A stretch of DNA of 63,968 nt, the filler included, from Rhabdomonas costata (lineage: Eukaryota), in NCBI GenBank assembly GCA_019059605.1. It is 47 parts of 47 records of this genome, joined end to end, with 100 filler letters (N's around TTAATTAATTAA, not from the genome) between each part and the next. Parts side by side here need not be neighbours in the genome. Positions count along the whole stretch, not along the records: positions 12,277 to 13,540 come from JAHMHO010021430.1; positions 13,641 to 14,903 come from JAHMHO010021431.1; positions 15,004 to 16,267 come from JAHMHO010021432.1; positions 16,368 to 17,631 come from JAHMHO010021433.1; positions 17,732 to 18,994 come from JAHMHO010021434.1; positions 19,095 to 20,358 come from JAHMHO010021435.1; positions 20,459 to 21,721 come from JAHMHO010021436.1; positions 21,822 to 23,086 come from JAHMHO010021437.1; 39 more parts are not named here. One strand, written 5' to 3'. The position numbers and the translations under genes were made by a program. A model generated the notes under the pieces. The model did not search any database, had not been told where the DNA came from, and saw only the letters and a list, made by a program, of their open reading frames with translations. Below, piece after piece: positions 12,571 through 24,450 of this stretch; position 1 is the first letter of the stretch; each line of letters opens with the position of its first letter.

Positions 12571-15376
12571 GTTTGCCTCCCCCATATGGACGATGTGTCC
12601 TCGGCTCGTCGCACAAATCAAATATATTCGCGTCCCCCACTGATTTGCACATCATCGCGCACGTTGCTTATATCCGCCGGCAGGGCGGTGCCGTCTGCAC
12701 CATCTCTAGTACCTCCACAAACCTTTCTAAAAAAAAGTAACTTGACCAAAAGAAAATTGCGAACGACCCATAAGCTCGGCGGAAAGTTGGGGGGAGGGAG
12801 TGGCAACGGTTACGTCTGCCAGTGGCAGCAGAACACTGGCTCTTTTTTTTCCGCCAAAATTAACTAAATAAAACGGTCGCGTAAAAAAGCCAGCACCCCC
12901 GAGATGATGATTGTGCGAGGAGGTTAGGGGTAAGCTTTGCCAGTGTCCCCTAAATGATGGTATATGCTTAAGAGCTGAAAACTGCTGCTGGCTAAGGGAT
13001 CGACAACGGCTGGGGCGGGGACGTGACCTGGGAGTCCTTTCATTACTTTTTAAATACGTAAATATAATAAAATACGTTCCATAGCAAAAATTGTTGCAAC
13101 TTGTAACCCGTACCTCTCCCATGGCTGATGACCACCCCACAACCTGCGGCGTGGTCGCGTGCGATGTAAGGGCGAACGACCACAATGTTCCGGTCGCAGC
13201 CGGAAGGAATTTTTGAAGCAGCTATCTGCGTGCATCTGACCTCAGACGCCGGTGCAACGGCACAGATGGATACGCCGTACCCATGGTGAGCTGCAACTGA
13301 ACTGTTACCGCAGCCCCAATGCAGGCAGCAACCTACCTCAATTATTCCGAGTGGCACTCAAGCAGTTAATGTGCCCCCACAACTCTCGGATTCCGCGAGT
13401 ATACACGGGTGCCCACACAAGGTGTTTGCACTCGCACCTCCGCGCAGATCAACTTTCTCCACAAGTGGAGGGGCCCCAACGTCGATGTTGGGGAGCTGCC
13501 CAAGGGAAAGCGGGTGTACCTCAATCCCAACGTCCTCAAGNNNNNNNNNNNNNNNNNNNNNNNNNNNNNNNNNNNNNNNNNNNNTTAATTAATTAANNNN
13601 NNNNNNNNNNNNNNNNNNNNNNNNNNNNNNNNNNNNNNNNGTTGGGGTTTTAGATGATAGTTTGTACCAGTTTGTGTGGTATTCTGCATCACCAGTTTGT
13701 TTCGTCAAACTTACTCTTTGGAATTTGAATGGAGCAGAGGCAAAACGAACTAATCAAACCCAAACGTACACAGCTTGACTCAAAATTGTCAGAGCACACT
13801 GTGATACAAGAAAACGTGGCAATCTCTAGACTCCATGTCGCTCGCTCTAATTTTTTCGGTCGTGTTTTCATTCATTCCTCTTTTCTTTATGATCGCCTTG
13901 ATCTCACTGCTAGTAGGCTGGCGTTTTTTTGGCGATATCTTCAGGTGTACTTCCGAAAACAAACTGGTACAAACTATCATCTCAAACCTCGATCTATGGA
14001 AATGCTTTGCTGCCAACACACCTGTTGATCTAATATGCTGCCTTATGCATCTTGGCACAACTTCTCTTTTCTTCCGCACTTTCCATCGCTGCACTCCTAG
14101 CTTACATGCTTTGCTTACACTCACTCATCATGTTGCCTCTCTTTTATCTTTTGGCATGATCCATCATTCCGACTCTTCTTTAACCACACCCACGTGTACT
14201 CTCTCTACGTGACAGAAGACTGATGTGTTCATTCTGTGTCAATGTTAGATGACCGTACCAGCCCAACCTTTTCAAACAGCAGTAGTGTTTTGTACAAATA
14301 CTATCTTTGCATCTAAGTTGTTTGTTTAAAAAAGAAGCACCAAAATTGGCATTTTGTATTGAAAGAAATTATTAAGAAGAAATCAAACGCCACTTCCGTA
14401 AACACCCATCCTTACACTTTTGGAAAAACACTCGTTTGTCCCACCGAATGCTTGTATGTTTCGAAAACCTTACCGAGCAGAACGACCTACCAAATGCATG
14501 GCAAAAATGCAAGCATTTGTAGATTCTTTAAAATTCTACGAGCACGTTGACATTTCATTACAGGCACTTGCTTTTTGCAAAAGGTATCTTATCTTCACAC
14601 CCAAAATCAAAAATGTCTTTGAGACTTAACTCTGAGGCTCTGCAGGTATCTGGACGCAGAAACCACACAAAAAAAGTATTGGATATGTATTGGCATAAGT
14701 GCCATTGTACCCACATTTGAAAGAGAAGTCAAAACGGAAGCAGTTTTACGATAATATCTGCAAAATCCACAGATAAGAGAAAGCATCCTGAGAGTCACAT
14801 CAAGAAAAAGTCCATTCACTTGCCCTGTGGTCTAGGCCTCATGAACACACCTGTTCTCGTGTGTAATGTGGCACGCCACCGCCATCGCCACCTAACCACA
14901 ACANNNNNNNNNNNNNNNNNNNNNNNNNNNNNNNNNNNNNNNNNNNNTTAATTAATTAANNNNNNNNNNNNNNNNNNNNNNNNNNNNNNNNNNNNNNNNN
15001 NNNTGTTTGGCACTGCTTTCACCTTTGGACAACCGGGCACCTTGGTGCTCTGATTTGGTTTGATCTTTTAGAAATACCAGCAACATGGTTCGTTCAATGC
15101 ACGCCAGAATGTGGCGGTTTTAATGGGATGCGAATGCAGGTTCCCCTGGCCTGTTTAAATCAATGATGATTGATGCTTGTTCTCTCTTGTCACGTCAGGC
15201 ATCATTTATCCTTTGTGAATGCCGATCTGTGGATTTAGATGAAAATGTTGAATGAAAGGTATAGATTCAAATATGCCTGTGAAGAAATAGTCTTCCAGGT
15301 TTCCTGTCTGTTTCTCTCTATGCCTCTCTCTCCTGTGACATCCTGTGCTTCTCGATTATTTGCGATTCTAACTCAG

Positions 15377-16267
15377 GTCAAGGCTTCGAAGTCGCCAACT
15401 TTTTTGAAGCCGGCATCCCCTCTCCGTGCTTCTAGAGGTGCAGCGCCATCCACACAGGAGCCTGGGTTTGCTGGCATTGGGTTCTGCGTCCGGCGCTCTG
15501 AATCCCCTTGCAGACGGGGTTGTGGAGGAGCCGAATCCTCCCTTTCTCAGCTACGGGACGTTTACGACCTTCAGTCCCATCCCGCTACGGCAAGTTCTGC
15601 TCGGTACTCTCCGCAACGCTTCCGAGCAGGTGAAATCCCGAGCACAGATGAGTTGGGTAACCTGTCCATTACCACACCTGGAAGCCTGCGCGCATCTTGC
15701 CGACCTGTGCAATCTCCGAACTTTTCAACCGCCAGGGTCAGTTACTTGTCGCCCAAAAATAGCAATGCCACCGGATCGACCACATCGCATGGTATTTTCA
15801 ATTTTGATGGTTTGTATTTTGGCCTTTTGGGGCTCACTGGTCGTACCTTCCTCCTCTTCCCCTGACAGCTGTGTTTTGTCGGGGTTTGGGGCCTTGTTTT
15901 CTGACTTTCGTCTTTCATCGCTCGTGTCCCACAGGTCATGAAATCTTGTCAAATCCCCTATCCGTGACGTTCAGTGAACAAACACCGACACGGCCTTCCC
16001 GAAGAACTCCTCTTCCAACCCACTCGGCGCCGGGAGCATGTGGGACTACTGCGGCACCAGCTGAGGGTCGTCAGCCTTTACCTAACCGAAGCGAGGCCTC
16101 CTCTGATCATCGCTTCCCTGACTACAGCAATTCTGCAAAGCGCGACAGTGCTGTTCTCACGTCCGCCTCTCCTGCGGACAAGAGGGCTGCAGGGCCTCTC
16201 CGGCAATCAAGTCAAGAGCAATCAGGGTTAACTCCGAGACACAGCGGCACAGCGGTACCCAAACCCC
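15377..16267 (+). CDS. Probable exons of a Ser/Pro-rich low-complexity protein
   Basis: Three segments bounded by cag and gt (from about 15377, 15551 and 15935) in S/P/T-rich open frames. Confidence 0.35.
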
Positions 16268-16819
16268 NNNNNNNNNNNNNNNNNNNNNNNNNNNNNNNNN
16301 NNNNNNNNNNNTTAATTAATTAANNNNNNNNNNNNNNNNNNNNNNNNNNNNNNNNNNNNNNNNNNNNGGGTGGGGGTGGGAAGTATCTCTTGTGGGCTTT
16401 GCAGGACAATTTGGACAGGTGAATTCTTGGGCAGAGCCTGTCTGTGGCGCGTCTGAAGCGAACAAGGACATATGGCCTGGACTTTTGTTTGGTCGTTACT
16501 AACGATGCAGGTAAGGATGCACGTTGAAGCAGAGCTTTTTCACCGCGTGCTGGGATGTGGAGCCCTCCCTCCAGTCTACCTTGATTCTTCAGCGCACCCC
16601 ACCATCTCAGGAATGGGGGTACGTTCGCAGTCGTTAAGAAGCCGAACTCTATGTCTGTGGCATTGTTCTTAGCACAGCACCAGAACTTAAAAGAACGCAA
16701 CGGACGGCGGAAGCTTCATTAACAAGAACCCGCAGGTTTTCCCTGCGTTCCCGAAATTTTGTTCAATGCGAGTCATGAGCGAAAAGATAAGCGTTTCGGG
16801 GTGGCGGTAGTTCCGATAC

Positions 16820-17036
16820 CCCGCAGCACAGGCCAAGATGGCCATGCGGACCCACCGCTGCGTCTCTGAAATGGCGGAAAAAAGCTCAGCCAGATCCTCA
16901 GCGGATGCGACCTTCTTGTTCTCTGTGGACTCACCGGATTCCTCGGGGCCCTCCGGCACAGAGTGGGAGCCGCGGTGCGGGCGAAAGGAGCCCAGGTTCA
17001 CGTCTAGCGTGGTGAGGCTCTCCAGTATCTCCTGCC
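16820..17036 (-). CDS. Exon of unknown protein
   Basis: tttgctgtttcag acceptor, GQEILESLTTLDVNLGSF...AEDLAELFSAISETQRW, GC3 bias. The 3' boundary is uncertain. Confidence 0.4.
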
Positions 17037-18254
17037 CTGAAACAGCAAAGAGGGCTCCAAGGGATAATCCATTCTTGTCGATCATGGGAGAAGGCCATTC
17101 CTTCTGGATTTTTCTTCTTTTCGTTTTCGTTTTTAGTTCTTCTTCTGCTTTCTTCTTTTGATTTGGGACACAGAAGACGAGAGGATGAATGGAACCAGAC
17201 GTGAATAAAATGGTGGACAAGGAAAAGTTGTCACTTGCAAATGCACTGCAAAGTAAGCTTGCTCGCGCACGGTCACATTCACTACCTCACCCGCACTTAC
17301 CCGACGCCCAGAAGGCGTGATAAATTCACAGAAACTGGGTCTTCTTTGAAAAGTGAAGAGCTAACCTCTGTACAAAAGAAAGACACAAGAACACCCTGAT
17401 GAAAAATATGCACAGTGTTAGTGTGAAGAGCGACGGCTCTCAGAAGCCCCTTCCTTTCCAAATAATGTGTTCTCGGTTCTCGGTTCTCGGTTCTCGGACC
17501 CAGACCCCACTCTGCAGAAGTGGAGTGGAGTGGGGGTGCATCAGAGTACAACGCCAACCCAATCGCCAACCGGAACCAGAAAACTCCTTCGAAAAGGTTC
17601 CAAACCCAACATATTCAAAGTACAAACCAACNNNNNNNNNNNNNNNNNNNNNNNNNNNNNNNNNNNNNNNNNNNNTTAATTAATTAANNNNNNNNNNNNN
17701 NNNNNNNNNNNNNNNNNNNNNNNNNNNNNNNGTGTGGGTGGTATCGCCATGTGTGTGGTCTGTAAGTTCAATCGCGAAACCGCTGCAACCATGGAACGAA
17801 AAGCTTCAATAGAAAGCCCAGTCTTTTTCGCAAAGTGGAACTCCCATATGTATAAACTTCCGGGCTGACAGAGTCGTTGTTTAACGTCATAGCACGCGCC
17901 CAGGCTCTAACCGTTGCTGGTGTTCGCTCGCCTGCCGTGGTGGATCACTTTTTGATTTTGCTTTTTTTCCTTATTTTTATCCACAGACGAAGAAACCCTC
18001 TCCATTAAGCCGTGGTGACTTTCCTGGCAAAAGTATTGTAATATGAAATGGATTTTCTCCACTCCGCAATTTGGTGCAGCAAGTTGTTGTATAAAATAAG
18101 AAAGCATCCACCAAGGGGCAATCACACCACTTGGGAGTGAAAGGGCCAGCCCTCGCAGCGTTTCAGGAGGCTCTTATGTGAAGAAGGGACTCGAGGCCTG
18201 CTTCGGCTTTACTCTCCAACCCACCTACGTTACAAGTGACTTTCGATAAGATAA

Positions 18255-18343
18255 CTTCTTTTTGGATTGTCTTTCCGGATTTTCTTTTTGGCCTTTCTTT
18301 TCTCTTCCTTAAGCCTTTGCCTTCTGTTTCTCTCGACGGGTAG
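18255..18343 (+). promoter_or_regulatory. Polypyrimidine tract plus AG upstream of the ATG; candidate trans-splice (or 5'UTR intron) acceptor
   Basis: About 80 nt of T/C-rich sequence ending in tag at 18341..18343, 24 nt before the GH65 ATG. Confidence 0.5.
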
Positions 18344-18367
18344 TTTTGCTTCCCCGACCGCCCTGCA

Positions 18368-18573
18368 ATGTCCAAGAGGCGGCAGTTCACCACCAAGGGG
18401 CCGTGCTACCCCAGCGACGAGTGGCATGTCATTGAGCGCCCGTTGCACCCCGAGGACAACGCGAAGGATGAGAGCATCTTTGCTGTGGCGAACGGACATG
18501 TCGGGATCCGCGCGACCTTTGAAGAGGGCTACACGGGGCCTGGGAGGGCTGGCCCTGGGGTCTTTATAAACGG
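18368..18573 (+). CDS. First coding exon of a glycoside hydrolase family 65 protein (trehalose/maltose phosphorylase-like)
   Basis: YPSDEWHVIE...ESIFAVANGHVGIRATFEEG...GVFING is the GH65 N-terminal signature. gtgtgc donor. Confidence 0.9.
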
Positions 18574-18793
18574 GTGTGCAGACAGATTCTGCATTCGTTA
18601 GAGTTGAAATTACTTAAGTATACCTGCGTAGCATACAATACAAACCAGCGTCATGCAACATCATCTCCCGCCATGATGTAGTTTAGACGGAACGGCCACC
18701 ATGTCCTGCAGTCGGTGTGCCTTCACAAACTGCCGTGATATGTCGACCACTTGCTCACTTTGAGATTCAAGTTAGCTTTTTATATGATATGTC

Positions 18794-18988
18794 GTTTCGT
18801 TACTCCAAACTGAAATGAAATCCCCCACCCGGTCCTATCAGAAAACAGAAGAACAGAATATTCAAAGAATCGTCCGCAATGGAAGGCTGCGCACAATCCT
18901 GTCATCGGACGATTCTTTGAATATTCTGTTCTTCTGTTTTCTGATAGGACCGGGTGGGGGATTTCATTTCAGTTTGGAGTAACGAAAC
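18794..18988. repeat. Perfect inverted repeat, 83-bp arms (18794..18876, 18906..18988), at the contig end; likely amplification fold-back
   Basis: Arms are exact reverse complements and the right arm runs into the terminal C/A tail. Confidence 0.85.
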
Positions 18989-19433
18989 AACACANNNNNN
19001 NNNNNNNNNNNNNNNNNNNNNNNNNNNNNNNNNNNNNNTTAATTAATTAANNNNNNNNNNNNNNNNNNNNNNNNNNNNNNNNNNNNNNNNNNNNGCATGT
19101 GGTCAAGGACGATAATGGCGTAAACCTGCAAAAGAATGTGGTCCCGTGAAGATAGAAAAAGACGTGAGGTGCTGGGTTGATGGGTTCAGTCAGAAGGGTG
19201 ATGGTGAGGAAGTATTTCTACCGGCAGAACAAAATGTCGATCGTGGAGAAGATGAGATGAAAGATGGTGGGATGCGCCCATACGCGCAGATGGCCATTGG
19301 CCAAAAGTACTGTGTGCGCGTGGAAACGTCGACCAACCACAGAAATAGAATCTGGATATGTAGCTTGCTGTGGTTCTCTGGCCTTATGGAGATATAATGG
19401 AGGCGATCAACAAATTTGGGAGAACTGTAGTGG

Positions 19434-20351
19434 TGGGTATCTCGAGTGGAAATGATGATGGTTGTGTTCTGGTGCTGTGGTATGAGTGGGATGATTCCGT
19501 GCGTTGGCGTCAGAGGGATGTGGTCTGCACAACATGGATCCATCCAAGAGAGTAGTTTTGCTGAGGTTGCATTGGAGCTTATGGAAAACTGTCGAGTTGG
19601 ATTGGGCACTTCCAATTCCAGTGATAGTCATAGCAGGCGCGGAATGGGCGTCATGGTGGCTCCGCCGCGTCGTAGTTCTGCACACGTTTACTAACGTAGA
19701 TCTTTCTACCGCTGACGTTGAAAAAGCGGTTTTGCGAGCGGAAGGCCGCGCGTTTTGGGCAGTTACAGGTTCAGAAGGTGTGGCCTGACGCACCTGAATG
19801 GATTTGTCTTGTGCCTGCTGCATTTATTTGATTGACAGGTGGAATAACGCAGCAATTGCAATAATATAAGTGCCAGTCAACGTGGTAGTCATGAGGTCAA
19901 CGGCCAGGTTTGACAGTGCCTGTGTGGAGGCACACTTCTGGTAGGCCACGGCGTGAGTGTGCTGCGAGAATGACAGAATCAGAGATTCCACTCTCTGGCT
20001 AAGGTGGAGGATATACTCAGAGAGCTCCATGGCACACTCGGGCATATCTGTGCCACGCAGCTGAGCATCCAGGCTCATGTGACTTGGATGGAATAAAAGA
20101 GTGTCGATGTGGGTTCCTTAGCACAGGTAATGAGAGAGACAAATGTGCGACTGTGGTTGAAAAGGAGAGGAACGTGAAAAAATTCAGTTTAGTGTCAAAA
20201 ACTCACCAACAACGATATCAACGCTCTGGCAGATTTACAAGAATACAGTTGGAAATAAAATAAACAAAAACACAATAGCCATGCACTGAATCATCCCACT
20301 CATACCACAGCACCAGAACACAACCATCATCATTTCCACTCGAGATACCCA
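19434..20351. repeat. Inverted duplication, 64-bp arms (19434..19497, 20288..20351); likely chimera
   Basis: Exact reverse-complement copy at the contig end. Confidence 0.85.
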
Positions 20352-20897
20352 ACCCCACNNNNNNNNNNNNNNNNNNNNNNNNNNNNNNNNNNNNNNNNNN
20401 NNTTAATTAATTAANNNNNNNNNNNNNNNNNNNNNNNNNNNNNNNNNNNNNNNNNNNNGTGTCGGGTGTGGTTGGGTTTGTGGGTTTATCAGTGAGTGTA
20501 TGCGTGATGTATCATTGTGTTCTTGGCGTGTTTGGGTATGTTTGCTATGGGCGCAGCGCTTTCCTTGGCGGCACAGTTAATAAAGCGCTTCGCTATACGG
20601 CCTACATTTTGGAGCATTTACGGATTTGGGGAACAGACTGCTCATATATGCCCCCACTGCTCGTATTGCTACATTGCTACTATTGCACTGACCTTACACA
20701 TCTATATTAAAAATGACGACTTTGACTCTTTCACGGCCTATCAATCCTAGCAATACCACCTACACGCTCCAACGTCGGCTCATTCCCCCATAGAAACCCC
20801 AAGTCACTCGAGCGTTGTGTCTGCCCCAATGAAATTTGGCTGAAGTTCTTCGGATGGGTGGAGACAGCTGAAAGGGTAAGAAAATGGTTGGGCACAC

Positions 20898-21721
20898 CTC
20901 TGTGTAAAGCAACGCAGCGATGTGGCGAACGGTGCCGCGGTTGGGCACGGTGCTGCAGGGCTGCACCAGCAGCCCGTGGCCGTCCTCCACGAAGAGGTGC
21001 ATCACCACTCCCGCAACCCCAACCCCGACTGCAAACACACCCGGCGCGATGCTCACACCGCAGAAAAAAAGCACTCTTGCTTGCCTTGCATCTGTGCGAC
21101 CATGACCTGCGCTTGACCCCGCGGGCGCCCTGTGACTGCACCAAACAAAAGGACACTTGCTGTTGGGTTGGCCCGTATTCGTGCTGCGAATGGTGTATGC
21201 AATAGGTGGGCCCAATGGCAATGGTCAAACACAATGGCATTGAAACCAAACCGAAACCAAAAAGATAAAGAAAGGCGGGAATCAAAGCGCAAGTCGCGAT
21301 ATCAGCGCTGGGACAATTACCCCCCCCCCCGATGCATAAACGATCCAGGAAAAGTGCATGACATCCAACCCACACGCACCAGGGCCAGATGCAGAGCTAG
21401 GACCAGGGGCAGGCTCTGCGAAAACTCTGCAAAGCATTCCGTTCGCCCGGTCATCTGAAGCATAAAAAAGAAGGGGAAACCTGAAGAGGTTAGCTTTGAA
21501 AGGGGGAAGCGATTAGGCGAAGAAAGGGAACAACCCAGCCCACACACTTCGTACCTAAATCCGGAAACCAAAGCATGGTGAAGCGGAAGAACAGCACACG
21601 AGGGCATACGTGTGGCGAGCTCCTGCCCCACGGTAAGTGGGCAGGTAGTGCCCAAAACGGCGGTGAGCTGCCGGTCAGGCTGGCCCAGCAGAGCGTGCAC
21701 GAAGCCACGGAACAGGACCCC
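20898..21721 (-). CDS. Three exons of unknown protein (21721..21610, 21135..21085, 21028..20898)
   Basis: Consistent phase-1 joins give GFVHALLGQPDRQL..ELATLTGRPRGQAQVMVAQMQVGVGVAGVVMHLFVEDG..LLYTE. The second intron is GC-AG (GCAAGC donor). Confidence 0.55.
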
Positions 21722-21824
21722 NNNNNNNNNNNNNNNNNNNNNNNNNNNNNNNNNNNNNNNNNNNNTTAATTAATTAANNNNNNNNNNNNNNNNNNNNNNN
21801 NNNNNNNNNNNNNNNNNNNNNTGT

Positions 21825-21910
21825 TTGTGCTTGTGCTTGTGCTTGTGCTTGTGCTTGTGCTTGTGCTTGTGCTTGTGCTTGTGCTTGTGCTTGTGCTTGT
21901 GCTTGTGCTT
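21825..21910. repeat. (TTGTGC)n hexanucleotide microsatellite, about 14 copies
   Basis: Seen directly. Confidence 0.97.
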
Positions 21911-22135
21911 GGGTTTGTGTGGGCCTGCGCGTGAGCGTGGGTTGAGCACATAGTGCGCGGGCCCTTTTCCCACCATAAATCGACACCTGTCGAAGTTGTC
22001 CCGACCCGTTTCAAGGCTGGCAGGGGGGAGCTTCAGCTTCAGCAGAAGCAAACAGCTGATGCCCGTTTCACTAGTTTTACCGTTTTTGTCGGCCTCCGAA
22101 CTGCCTTGCGTGTGGGGTGGACGCGGGTGGCTTAG

Positions 22136-23086
22136 GCAAGCTGGTTGCACCACCCCCGAGGCCTGGCATCGCATTACCGTGGACGGGCTCACCGCCATGG
22201 GGATGCCCCCCCGCGCTGTGGCGGCGTGGCTCGTGGCGGCATGCGGAGTGGGCAGTGGCGGGTCCAACGACGGAGGGGCACCAGCGGGGATTTCATTCAG
22301 CTGCGTGACGCCGCCCCGGAAGACCACCCCTGTGCCGAAGAAAGCAAAGGGCAAAGAGAGGATATCGGCGGAGCTGGACCTGTCCAGCAATGAGGGGGTA
22401 AACCAGATACACATTGAGTTTGGCTGCACACAGGGATTTGGGGCTCAGCTTCGAATTGCAAAGAGTAGGGTTTTTCTCGGGGTAGGGGGGAAGGTGCCTA
22501 CGCTTGTGTTTGTGCGGCGGGGAGCCCTTTCCCAAAGAAAAGCAACGTCCCTATATCTCGGACGGGCCGCGGAACAGCAAAAATATTTCGGTTTCCTGCT
22601 TCCTCCCCATGAGGGGGAGTATCCACCCACGGTGTCCAGTCCTTTGGCAAAGTATGCTGTGCCGACTGTTTCTGCTCTTTCTAGTGTCATTGTATTTTAT
22701 ACGGAAGATCCGGTACTCTTAGCGGATAGTCGCGAAGGTGGGCTTCTCGCATTTTTTGGTAGGGGGGCGGGGCGTTGTTTTTGGGTTTGTCGTGTGAAAC
22801 GCTTTCGCTTTGCACTGGTAACACCCCTTCCCTTAAATTATGTGTGTGTGGGGGGGGCAAACAACGGTATAGGAGCCAGCCACCACTACCCGCTGATGCA
22901 TTGCAGGTGGATTCCATGGACGCTAACGTCTTCAAACTGATGGACATGGGCTTCGGGTACGACTCCTGCGTCTCCGCGCTCCGCCGGGCGGGCAACGACC
23001 CCGAGCTTGCGGTGACCTATCTGCTCAACCCCAGCGCCAACCTCAGCCTGACCACGGGCTCTCCTCCAAACCAAACACCCCCAACA
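22136..23086 (+). CDS. UBA-domain protein, exons about 22136..22397 and 22907..contig end
   Basis: VFKLMDMGFGYDSCVSALRRAGNDPELAVTYLL is a canonical UBA domain (MGF loop, terminal LL). Confidence 0.8.
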
Positions 23087-23522
23087 NNNNNNNNNNNNNN
23101 NNNNNNNNNNNNNNNNNNNNNNNNNNNNNNTTAATTAATTAANNNNNNNNNNNNNNNNNNNNNNNNNNNNNNNNNNNNNNNNNNNNTTTTGGGGGTAGTC
23201 GGAGGGAACCCCGGAACAACAGCGTTTTTCATCAGTTTCCACTGTTTTTCGCCGTGTGTTTGGTTTTCACTGAGGCACACACCTCTCTTTCACGAACTGT
23301 AATGGCGTGTTCCAGCGCTTGGGCCTGCCAGGTGCCTCAGCCCTTCAGCGGGGATGTCATTCCTCTCTCCCGTCGATGCCCCTGCAAAGGAAGTGCTTGC
23401 ACTTGTCTTCTTCACCCTGTTGCTACTGGGTCAGTAGACTCGGGCAATCTTGCTCAACACCAGGCCGTCTGGGAGTCTGAAGCATTCCGTTCCTAAGGTT
23501 CCCAGAGGGGCCTCGGTCGGAG

Positions 23523-23722
23523 TGTGTGGGCGTTTATGGGAGTGGACTCCGTTATAGTTGCCGCTGTTGTCTTGGTTCACCAGTGTCTTCCTTCATTGAC
23601 TGCTTGAAAACTTTTGTTATTGTTCCTCCCTTCAAACTGTACTGTTTTCCCGCACTCACGTTCTCTTCTCTTTGCATCTGTGCGGCTGTTGTGTGCGCCG
23701 AACATTGAACACTGGACTTGTG
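23523..23722 (+). repeat. Dispersed repeat family A, copy 1
   Basis: About 190 bp nearly identical (scattered substitutions, one small indel) to the reverse complement of 35159..35350 on an unrelated contig. Confidence 0.9.
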
Positions 23723-24015
23723 TTCTGTGAATTGGATCCCGACCAAAAATTCAGGGGTTTAGTACAGTTGAATGCGGTCAGCCAAGAAAGCGGAAAGAGA
23801 TAGATAAGAAGATTGAAGAAATACCAAGCAAGGCAGAAAAATACAAATCAAACAGGGTGAGCGAATGACAAGCAAGATGGAAAAGCAATTAAGTCATAGC
23901 AGAGAGAGTGGTGGAAAACGGAAAGGGTTCATGAAGGAGGACACCATTCAGACCTCATTGTGCTGCAAAGAATCAAAGAATCGGCACATGTGCCGTCCCG
24001 CAAAATGACACCACG

Positions 24016-24450
24016 CTAACCCTTCGCCTCAACACAACAAGCCCTAGCCATCATCCTACGCACAACAACAACAGTAACGGTAACGCTAAGCACCAACAAC
24101 CACAGTAACAGGAACGCTAAGCCTAAACCTTCGCACAGTAACACTAACACTAACATTACGCGTAACACTAAGCATAAGAACAACAACATGAGATTAGCCC
24201 AGCACGAGATTAGCCCAAGCACCTGACACCAGCACAACATTAGCCCTGAACCCTGACACCAGCACAGCATTAGCCCTTGACATCCACAGCACAACATACA
24301 GCACACCATAAGCCCTACGACACACCCTACAAAACACCCTAGAACAGGAACAACACACCCTACGCGTAACAAGAACAAGTACAAGCACAGTAACACCAAG
24401 CACGAACCCTACGCACCAACCCCAACCGCCTGACCCTGACACCCCAACCA
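24016..24450. repeat. Strand-asymmetric A/C-rich degenerate tandem repeat
   Basis: Recurrent taaccc/accct/agcac/acaac units and very few G or T. Confidence 0.7.

Noticed and set aside
18794-18988. Perfect hairpins (also 44785..44880, 46170..46244, 62709..62812) as MITEs, ncRNA or non-conventional intron stems
   Set aside because: All touch contig ends, have identical arms, and one duplicates coding sequence. Amplification fold-back is the simpler explanation.
19190-19615. STRTQYFWPM resembling a DNA transposase motif
   Set aside because: The expected catalytic DG context is absent and the contig is chimeric; too weak to call.
21770-22014. ORFs with (HK)n, (QA)n or (ST)n runs
   Set aside because: Translations of the hexanucleotide microsatellite.
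24016-24442. Hydrophobic V/L/C-rich minus-strand ORFs resembling membrane proteins
   Set aside because: By-product of G/T-rich low-complexity DNA.
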